A DNA stretch of 63,896 nucleotides, counting the filler. It is 8 parts of 8 records of this genome, joined end to end, with 100 filler letters (N's around TTAATTAATTAA, not from the genome) between each part and the next. Parts side by side here need not be neighbours in the genome. Positions count along the whole stretch, not along the records: positions 29,764 to 44,461 come from SRR20825010_837; positions 44,562 to 51,779 come from SRR20825010_843; 6 more parts are not named here. One strand, written 5' to 3'. Positions 41,213-48,302 of this stretch are shown here, piece by piece. The first letter of the stretch is position 1. Each line of letters starts with the position of its first letter. A program made the position numbers and the translations under genes. The notes below the pieces were generated by a model, which was not told the origin of the DNA, did no database searches, and saw only the letters and a program-made list of their open reading frames with translations.

Positions 41213-41363
41213 ATCGTAACGATCAGGAACAGATAACACGTTTGAGTTGCTGTTGAGAAACGTCCGCAACCGCAAGCCAAGCGTGACACTTTGGCTCGAG
41301 GATCGAGTTCATTCCATTCAGGCCGGATGCCGCTTCGAATCACAATGCATCCAATCGAATCAC

Positions 41364-42362
41364 ATGTCATCATCGCTCGAGTCCGCCGTTGCTCAAATTG
41401 CTGGCACGCGTTGTTTGGTCACTGGTGCCGCGGGATTCATCGGTTCGCAAATGGTCGAGCGGTTGCTCGATGCCGGAGCGGAAGTGGTCGCGTTGGACAA
41501 CCTCAGCACCGGATTCAAGCATAACCTGACGCCGTTTTTGGAAGGTCCGCAACGGGATCGTCTGACCTTTGTCGAAGGTGACGCCGCGAACCGGGCGTGT
41601 GTGCAACGGTCAGTGGAAGGCGTGGACCACATTTTTCACTTCGCAGCGATGGCCAGTGTGCCGCGCAGCATGCGAGAGCCCGGCATGTGCCATGATTGGA
41701 CCACCACCAGCACAGTTGAGTTGCTGGCCGCCGGTTCTGCCGCGGGTGTGAAGCGTTTCGTCTTGTCGTCTACCAGCGCCGTTTATGGCAACTCACCGTA
41801 TGTTGCCAAACGCGAAGACGATATGCCCGCGCCATTGTCGCCATACGCTGCCGCGAAGTTGTCCTCCGAGAACTATTGCCAAGTCTTTCAACGTGAGTTT
41901 CCAATCGAAACTGTCGTGTTGCGATACTTCAACGTCTTTGGTCCGCGGCAAGACCCGAAGAGCGAGTACAGCGCTGTGATCCCTCGTTTTGTCTCGATGA
42001 TTCTCAGCGGCGAACGCCCAATCATCTACGGCGATGGTCAGCAATCTCGCGATTTCGTGTTTGTTCGTGATGTTGCCAACGCGAACATGTTGGCGGCAAC
42101 CGTTGCTGATGCGGCCGGCGGAATTTTCAATGTCGGCCGAGGACAGCGAACCACGTTGCTGGAGTTGCTCGACACCCTCCGTGAATTGCTAGAGGGTGAC
42201 ATTCAACCGATTCACGAGCCACCGCGTGCCGGCGACGTTCGAGACTCATTGGCAGATACAAACCAAATCCGATCTCGCCTCGGTTTTGAACCAACGGTCG
42301 ACATGACCGAAGGGTTACGCCAAAGCATTGAATACTACCGTGGGCTTTGCTCGCCCGCCTAA
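41364..42362 (+). CDS. NAD-dependent epimerase/dehydratase (extended SDR)
   Basis: TGAAGFIG, YAAAK, LRYFNVFGPRQDP, GDGQQSRDF. Confidence 0.92.
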   Translation: MSSSLESAVAQIAGTRCLVTGAAGFIGSQMVERLLDAGAEVVALDNLSTGFKHNLTPFLEGPQRDRLTFVEGDAANRACVQRSVEGVDHIFHFAAMASVPRSMREPGMCHDWTTTSTVELLAAGSAAGVKRFVLSSTSAVYGNSPYVAKREDDMPAPLSPYAAAKLSSENYCQVFQREFPIETVVLRYFNVFGPRQDPKSEYSAVIPRFVSMILSGERPIIYGDGQQSRDFVFVRDVANANMLAATVADAAGGIFNVGRGQRTTLLELLDTLRELLEGDIQPIHEPPRAGDVRDSLADTNQIRSRLGFEPTVDMTEGLRQSIEYYRGLCSPA

Positions 42363-42485
42363 CACCTTCATCGGAATCTCGCTTCCGCTCGGATGTGTCA
42401 CCGGCCTGTTTGCGTGCGTCACTGGGTGACTCGGCTTACAATCGCGATACCAATCGCCTTTTGTCCTCATTGCCGAGCTCCTTTC

Positions 42486-43943
42486 ATGCGTCCCTGGATG
42501 CTTCTACCGATCCTTTGTGCGATAAGCGTTCCCGTCGCGGCGAAGGAGTCGATGAATGTACTGTTCATCATTTCCGACGACCTGACGTCGACCGCACTGT
42601 CTTGCTACGGCAACGATGTCTGCCAAACGCCGAACATCGACGCGTTGGCTGCCGAAGGCATGCGGTTCACGCGAGCCTATTGCCAAGCGACGTATTGCGG
42701 ACCATCCCGGGCATCCTTCTTGTCGGGCTACTACCCGCACGCGACTGGAGTGCTTGGATACAAGAGTCCGCGTCCCCAAATTGGCGATCGGCAAACATGG
42801 CCGCAAGCGTTCAAAGATGCCGGCTATTACACGGCTCGCGTCAGCAAGATCTATCACATGGGTGTGCCAGGGGGGATCGAAACAGGTGGCGATGGTCGCA
42901 ATCACAACGGCGGCAATGGTGCCGACGATGCCTTGTCTTGGGTTGAACGCTTCAACAGTCCCGGACCGGAATGGAAGGCTGCGGGTGTTGGTGAAACGTT
43001 GGAAGGGAACCCTGATGGCTCACGTCCGGTGGTCGGAGGCAACACCTTTGTCGTGGTGGAAGCCGAAGGAGGCGACGAAGTTCATTCCGATGGAAAGACG
43101 GCGGCCAAAGCAAGCGATCTAATTCGCGAAAAACGTGAGCAGCCGTTTTGGCTTGGCGTTGGTTTTGTGCGGCCCCACGTTCCGTTTGTCTCCCCGGCAA
43201 ACTATTTCGAGCCCTTCAAACCATTCAGCAAACTTTCGTTGCCTGAGCGTGTGGAAGGTGACTGGAACGACATCCCCAAACTTGGCATCAACTACAAAAC
43301 AAGCATGAACATGAAGATGGACCTGCGTCGACAACGCAAAGCCATCGGTGGCTACTACGCGTCGGTCGCTTACATGGACGCGCAGGTCGGCAAAGTCATG
43401 ACCGCTCTTCGCGAATCGGGAAAGGCCGACAACACAATCGTGGTATTCACCAGCGACCATGGATATCACCTTGGTGAACACGATTTCTGGGCCAAGGTCT
43501 CTCTGCGAGATGAGTCGTCTCAGGTCCCATTGATCATCAAAGTGCCAGGCAAGGCTCCCGGCGTTTGCAACAGCTTGGTGGAGATGTTGGATTTGTATCC
43601 CACCATCGGCAACCTATGCGGAATCAATGTGCCCGAGCATGTGCAGGGAACGGACATTTCCAAGATGCTCGATGATCCGAGTCACACCGTTCACGAATTC
43701 GCGTTCAGCGTCGCCCCCATGAGAAAGGGATTTTTGATCCGGACTGATCGATGGGCCTACATTCAGTACAAAGAAGATGCGTCAGGTGGGATGGAATTGT
43801 TCGACATGGAATCCGATCCAAAGCAATTCACCAACCTAGCCACTTCCGCAGAACACCAATCCATCGTTGCGGCAATGAAGCAAATCTTGAAAAGCAAACT
43901 TACGGAACTACGAGCCAACGACTTGGCCGAGAGTGTCGACTAG
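42486..43943 (+). CDS. Sulfatase (iduronate/choline-sulfatase-like)
   Basis: NVLFIISDD, formylglycine motif CGPSR, RPHVPF, SDHGYHLGEH. Confidence 0.92.
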   Translation: MRPWMLLPILCAISVPVAAKESMNVLFIISDDLTSTALSCYGNDVCQTPNIDALAAEGMRFTRAYCQATYCGPSRASFLSGYYPHATGVLGYKSPRPQIGDRQTWPQAFKDAGYYTARVSKIYHMGVPGGIETGGDGRNHNGGNGADDALSWVERFNSPGPEWKAAGVGETLEGNPDGSRPVVGGNTFVVVEAEGGDEVHSDGKTAAKASDLIREKREQPFWLGVGFVRPHVPFVSPANYFEPFKPFSKLSLPERVEGDWNDIPKLGINYKTSMNMKMDLRRQRKAIGGYYASVAYMDAQVGKVMTALRESGKADNTIVVFTSDHGYHLGEHDFWAKVSLRDESSQVPLIIKVPGKAPGVCNSLVEMLDLYPTIGNLCGINVPEHVQGTDISKMLDDPSHTVHEFAFSVAPMRKGFLIRTDRWAYIQYKEDASGGMELFDMESDPKQFTNLATSAEHQSIVAAMKQILKSKLTELRANDLAESVD

Positions 43944-43978
43944 GCAGGTCGCCGGAAATGATCGGTTAGAACCCCACG

Positions 43979-44461
43979 ATAGGGGTAGGGAAGTCCGGTT
44001 GAGCCGGACTCCCCTCCCTCCGAACCGTGCGTGCGGTTCTCCCGCACACGGCTCTCCAGTCAGTGGGTCCCCTCAAGGGATTGAACGTAAGCTGAGTGAG
44101 CTAAACGCAGACTTCGATAGCCTCGCTCGCTGAAGTAGGCATTGGGCCAACGATGGGTGCGACACAGCCGCTTAGGATTGCGTCGATGACGCTTCAAGAG
44201 CTGACGTCGCAGTCGTTTGCGAACCATCCTGTCGTACTTGTCAAAGATGTTCCACGTACAGTGACGAAAGTAACTGAACCAACCCACCGTCACGCGATTG
44301 ATCTGGGCGATCGTCGCTTCCAGCGATTGGCCGCTCTTCCGGGACGTTAACCGTCGAATCGTGTCGACCATCTTTCGGTGACTCTTCGCTCGCGGAAATC
44401 GAAGCTTCCCGCGGAACGAATAACCTAGAAAGTCAAAACTCTTGACCCGACTGTCAACGAT
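43979..44461 (-). mobile_element. Group II intron, 3' portion (end of IEP ORF plus domains V and VI)
   Basis: Minus strand after the IEP stop reads GAGAGCCGTGTGCGGGAGAACCGCACGCACGGTTCGGAGGGAGGGGAGTCCGGCTCAACCGGACTTCCCTACCCCTAT: DV with AGC triad, DVI with bulged A, AY terminus at 43979. Confidence 0.92.
44060..44461 (-). CDS. ltrA: Group II intron reverse transcriptase/maturase, C-terminal fragment
   Basis: FDFLGYSF (RT7), domain X INRVTVGWFSYFRH, ends WPNAYFSERGYRSL; no endonuclease domain. Confidence 0.9.
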   Translation of the reverse strand: MVDSRVKSFDFLGYSFRGKLRFPRAKSHRKMVDTIRRLTSRKSGQSLEATIAQINRVTVGWFSYFRHCTWNIFDKYDRMVRKRLRRQLLKRHRRNPKRLCRTHRWPNAYFSERGYRSLRLAHSAYVQSLEGTH

Positions 44462-44658
44462 NNNNNNNNNNNNNNNNNNNNNNNNNNNNNNNNNNNNNNN
44501 NNNNNTTAATTAATTAANNNNNNNNNNNNNNNNNNNNNNNNNNNNNNNNNNNNNNNNNNNNGCTATATTTGTGTGTAGTACTAATTAAAAAAGTACTGAT
44601 AATACAAGTTTGGTACAAGCTGAAAACAAATTGTAACATTAATAAAAAATAGTAAAAA

Positions 44659-45204
44659 GTGAGAAAATTAAAACTTCAAATTCAACTCTCAATTGACGGA
44701 TTCATTTCCGGTCCGAGCGGAGAAATGGATTGGATGATTTGGAATTGGGATGAAGAACTAAAGAACTTCGTCAAAGAATTAACAGAATCAACTGACACCA
44801 TTGTTTTAGGACGAAAACTTGCTGAAGGATTTATTCCACATTGGAAATCCAACAATGAATTGGAAGGTGCTGAAAAAATTAATAACTCAAATAAAATAGT
44901 TTTCACAAAAACGCTCGAAAATACTGAATGGGAAAATACCCTTTTGGAAAAAGGAGATTTAGTCGAAAAAATAGAAAAATTGAAGTTATCAAATGGAAAT
45001 GATATAATTGCCTATGGAGGTGGCGAATTTGTTTCGTCACTAATAAAAGAAAATTTAATTGATGAATATTATTTTTTCATAAATCCTTCGATTTTGGGGA
45101 ATGGAATGCCAATATTTAAGAAAGCTAATTATAAAACTGAATTAAAATTGGAAAGTGCAAAAGCCTATGAATGTGGAATAACAGTACTGACCTATAAAAA
45201 GTAA
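44659..45204 (+). CDS. Dihydrofolate reductase-like (RibD C-terminal) protein
   Basis: SIDGFISGP, LGRK, YGGGEFV, LIDEY...PSILGNG. Confidence 0.88.
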   Translation: MRKLKLQIQLSIDGFISGPSGEMDWMIWNWDEELKNFVKELTESTDTIVLGRKLAEGFIPHWKSNNELEGAEKINNSNKIVFTKTLENTEWENTLLEKGDLVEKIEKLKLSNGNDIIAYGGGEFVSSLIKENLIDEYYFFINPSILGNGMPIFKKANYKTELKLESAKAYECGITVLTYKK

Positions 45205-45344
45205 AAGCCAGCTAAAGATGGCTATAAGTAATTGCTTATTCTCGCTTACTTCTGAAAATCCTCGCGGATTTTCAGCTTGGTGTGTACTTGCAAAGTTATG
45301 TGCTAACTTACGCAACTACTCATAGCCGAGACATTGTAAACAAT
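45205..45344. repeat. Structured intergenic repeat R1 (attC-like candidate)
   Basis: Outer arms GGCTATAAGTAATTGC (45220-45235) / GCAACTACTCATAGCC (45312-45327); perfect inner stem CTGAAAATCC-TCGC-GGATTTTCAG (45252-45275); homologous to R2 and R3. Confidence 0.85.
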
Positions 45345-45821
45345 ATGAAAAAAACGATATTCTTAATATTATCATTACTGATTTTCCAATTTGGAATTTC
45401 TCAAAACTTAACTGAATCTGATTTATTTGGAGAATGGAAGTTTATAGAATTGCAAGATGAGAATGGAGAAAAGCAAACTAAAATCCCTATGATAAGATTC
45501 GGAACAGATAGGGGAATTGAAAATGTGAATAGAGATAGTTATGTTTTCAATGAAGATGGAACATATAAAAGTTTTAATCCGTTCAATGTGTCATTTGGAA
45601 CTTGGTATTTTGACAAAATGACTCAAGAGATAAATTTAGAACTACAAATTGCACCTGATAGTCCATATTTGCCATCTCTGAAAAAAACAAAAATTGTAAA
45701 GAAAAGAAAAGACGGGTTTTATTATCAAAAACCTGTAAAGAAAAAAATATTGATTTATTCAAAAGATGGAATGACTATAGCAGATAGAGAAAAATACGTT
45801 TTAATTTACAAACGGAAGTAA
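45345..45821 (+). CDS. Secreted hypothetical protein (lipocalin-like GEWKF motif)
   Basis: ATG at 45345 directly after R1 gives signal peptide MKKTIFLILSLLIFQFGISQ; LFGEWKF. The ORF-track start 45282 lies inside R1. Confidence 0.75.
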   Translation: MKKTIFLILSLLIFQFGISQNLTESDLFGEWKFIELQDENGEKQTKIPMIRFGTDRGIENVNRDSYVFNEDGTYKSFNPFNVSFGTWYFDKMTQEINLELQIAPDSPYLPSLKKTKIVKKRKDGFYYQKPVKKKILIYSKDGMTIADREKYVLIYKRK

Positions 45822-45846
45822 ATACTGTCTACAACAAAGCACTGAA

Positions 45847-46041
45847 ATAAAAAATAACACAAAGTATACTTTATTTTTGGTTAGTGGAATCATAGTGTTT
45901 ATTTACACTATTATAAAACAAAGGATAAAAATTAAGAAGAAAGTTGAAGTTGCAGAAGCCAAAATTATTATAATCCTACTTTTAATTTCTACTTTTTTAG
46001 CCATTAGCTCGTTATATATTCCAGATTATTTAGTAAACTAA
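45847..46041 (+). pseudogene. 64-codon two-TM ORF beginning ATA (mutated or non-canonical start)
   Basis: Manual translation (I/M)KNNTKYTLFLVSGIIVFIYTIIKQRIKIKKKVEVAEAKIIIILLLISTFLAISSLYIPDYLVN*. Confidence 0.5.
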
Positions 46042-46115
46042 AACTAAATAGACGCTATTATTTACTCCCTATAATTTCATAACAGCTTTTAAAACCACAT
46101 TAATAAAAACTTAAA

Positions 46116-46946
46116 ATGAACGACTTAATAATCTTAGATATACTTTGGGATCGACAACTGGTAAAAGATAAATCAGGCAAAGAATTTGAAATTTTTAGAG
46201 GGAAAGATTACGACCACGACTGGGTACATTTAGGACATGGATATTCAAAAAATAAAGATTGGATTTATTTTTATCTCAACACTTGTTTTGAACAACATCT
46301 AAACAAGATTGATATTGCCAGCTTTATTTTAATTGAAGCAAATGAAGCTGAAAACACCGTTTATTTTAAAGATAAAAACGCTGTTTATCTAAAAAGCTAT
46401 ATGTGTGGTTTTGAAACCTTACCAAAAGTAAATCCAAACAACTTTTGCGTTATAGATATTGATAAAGGCTACTCAACTTCGGGGGAATTCGATTATTGGT
46501 ATGAATCTAAACTACCTTATTCCCTTCCTGAAATGACACCAATTAATGGATGTTACCAAAGAGTAGGAGACACTATATATTATGGTCATATCGTAAGAAT
46601 GACTTGTGATGTGGATACTTTTGAACAAGTTCACCCCAAAATTGATACACTTTTTAAAGATAAAAACCATCTCTATTTTAAAAATGAAATAGTAGAAGGA
46701 GCGAACCCAGCAACTTTTCATTTCTTAGAAGAATGTATAGGAAAGGATGCCCCATATTATTTAGAATGTGATATCCATTACTATGCTAAGGATGACAAAT
46801 ATGCCTATTTTGTAAATGAACCTTTTGGTATTAAAATAATTAAGACCAGAGATCTGGATAATTTTAGGTTTGAAGTGATAGATGAAATAGGGTATGGAAG
46901 AGACTCTAAATACAGATATGAAAAAGGGAAAAGAAAAAAAAATTGA
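46116..46946 (+). CDS. DKNYY-repeat family protein
   Basis: Repeated YFKDKNAVY / LFKDKNHLY / YAKDDKYAY units with ANPATF-type linkers. Confidence 0.8.
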   Translation: MNDLIILDILWDRQLVKDKSGKEFEIFRGKDYDHDWVHLGHGYSKNKDWIYFYLNTCFEQHLNKIDIASFILIEANEAENTVYFKDKNAVYLKSYMCGFETLPKVNPNNFCVIDIDKGYSTSGEFDYWYESKLPYSLPEMTPINGCYQRVGDTIYYGHIVRMTCDVDTFEQVHPKIDTLFKDKNHLYFKNEIVEGANPATFHFLEECIGKDAPYYLECDIHYYAKDDKYAYFVNEPFGIKIIKTRDLDNFRFEVIDEIGYGRDSKYRYEKGKRKKN

Positions 46947-46955
46947 AAAAAAAAT

Positions 46956-47095
46956 TAACTATTACTAACTCTGTATGTAATTTATTGCTAGCTTTCTAAC
47001 GAAAATCCTCGCGGATTTCCTATCTGGTTTTTAATCTGCTAAATTAGATACTTAAACAAACCACTAAGCATACATAATCACCTTGTGTGTAATTT
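46956..47095. repeat. Structured intergenic repeat R2
   Basis: Core GAAAATCCTCGCGGATTTCC (47001-47020); outer TGTATG...CATACA pairing; right half 45/50 identical to R3. Confidence 0.8.
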
Positions 47096-47121
47096 AAGCA
47101 AACAAACTAAAAACAAACTGA

Positions 47122-47553
47122 ATGGGAATATTTGAGAATCTATTTGGAAGTAAAAAGCTAAAAACGACTGACTCTGATTTTGGAGAAATCGAGAGCTTTA
47201 CCACGAGAGGAAGTGACGTTGGTTGGCAAGTGAATAAAAGATTTTTGAATTGTGATATTGAAATTTTAATCGCAGGAAATAAAGATGGAATATCTGAAAA
47301 CCAAAAGCGGATTTTACTCAATGCGCTGAATAACGAAATAGAAATAAAATCTGAATCGGAAAAAGCACTTAAAGAACAGTTTGAAAATGCAGGAATGGAA
47401 TTCGTTTCAATTGAAAAACACTTTAAACTGAAAGGAATATCAGTACTTGATGAAGGATTTGAAATGGCGTTTCAAGAAAAAGAAGGTGAAAACTACTTTT
47501 TCAATGTTCTTTTTGAGAATAATAAACAAGTTGGTGTTTCAGTAGATGGGTAA
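47122..47553 (+). CDS. Hypothetical protein
   Basis: MGIFENLFG start; acidic 143-aa ORF directly after R2. Confidence 0.75.
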   Translation: MGIFENLFGSKKLKTTDSDFGEIESFTTRGSDVGWQVNKRFLNCDIEILIAGNKDGISENQKRILLNALNNEIEIKSESEKALKEQFENAGMEFVSIEKHFKLKGISVLDEGFEMAFQEKEGENYFFNVLFENNKQVGVSVDG

Positions 47554-47764
47554 TTTGGACGTAAAACACTATTTAGGAATTTATACAATCCGAATGCAAA
47601 TGCAAAACGAAGGAATTACTAATCCTTCTGACGAAATAAAATTATTAACTAAAACCATCGTGGAGAAATTATCTAAATTACCTCTTACCGAAAAAATTGA
47701 ATTAGAGAATGGAAAAATGACCGATTCAAAAGGAAATGTAATTGTTGTTTTTCCAAGAAATTGA
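47546..47764 (+). CDS. Hypothetical protein (72 aa) overlapping the upstream stop
   Basis: ATGGGTAA overlap; ends directly before R3. Confidence 0.6.
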   Translation: MGNLDVKHYLGIYTIRMQMQNEGITNPSDEIKLLTKTIVEKLSKLPLTEKIELENGKMTDSKGNVIVVFPRN

Positions 47765-47771
47765 ACTAATA

Positions 47772-47918
47772 AAAACTAAAGACAACAATAGCTATAAGTA
47801 ATTGCTCGTTCATACCTACTTCTGAAAACCCTAGCGGATTTTCTATCTGGTTTATAATCTGCTACATTAGATTCTTAAACATGCCACTAAGCAAACACAA
47901 CAACATTAGGCATAATTT
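47772..47918. repeat. Structured intergenic repeat R3 (hybrid of R1-type left half and R2-type right half)
   Basis: 47791-47843 vs 45221-45273: 45/53 identical, ungapped; 47844-47893 vs 47021-47070: 45/50 identical, ungapped. Confidence 0.85.
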
Positions 47919-48104
47919 TAAAAAAGCCAGCCGCACATTTTAACACATTTGTTTTTTGCCAACGCTCTTTGCCAATTCTGAAAAACCAAAAGAGCTAAAA
48001 TCTCCCCACGCACGGAGGACGATAATAATTCAAACGGTTTTTATATTGAAAAACGAGATAATTAAACAATTAATATTATCTTGGCTGGATAATTTTAGAC
48101 GGAC

Positions 48105-48302
48105 ATGAACCGAATAAAGGAAGTACTCGAAGAGAAAGGTATTAAGCAGACTTGGTTGGCTGAAAAAATTGGCAAGAGTTACAACATGGTGAACGGATAT
48201 GTGCAGAATAGACAGCAACCAAGATTGGAAGTGCTTTATGAAATTGCAAAAATATTGGACGTGAATCCAAAGGATTTATTGAAAGAAGATTTGAATGACT
48301 AA
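48105..48302 (+). CDS. XRE-family HTH transcriptional regulator
   Basis: MNRIKEVLEEKGIKQTWLAEKIGKSYNMVNGYVQNRQQP; overlaps the hsdR start. Confidence 0.88.
   Translation: MNRIKEVLEEKGIKQTWLAEKIGKSYNMVNGYVQNRQQPRLEVLYEIAKILDVNPKDLLKEDLND

Noticed and set aside
45205-47918. R1-R3 as a CRISPR array
   Set aside because: Units are ~140 nt, divergent and separated by whole genes rather than 30-40-nt spacers; no cas genes. No CRISPR array was seen anywhere in the window.
45205-47918. R1-R3 as plain intrinsic terminators
   Set aside because: The inner stem is AT-rich and lacks a following U-tract, and homology extends over the whole element, far beyond what a terminator needs.
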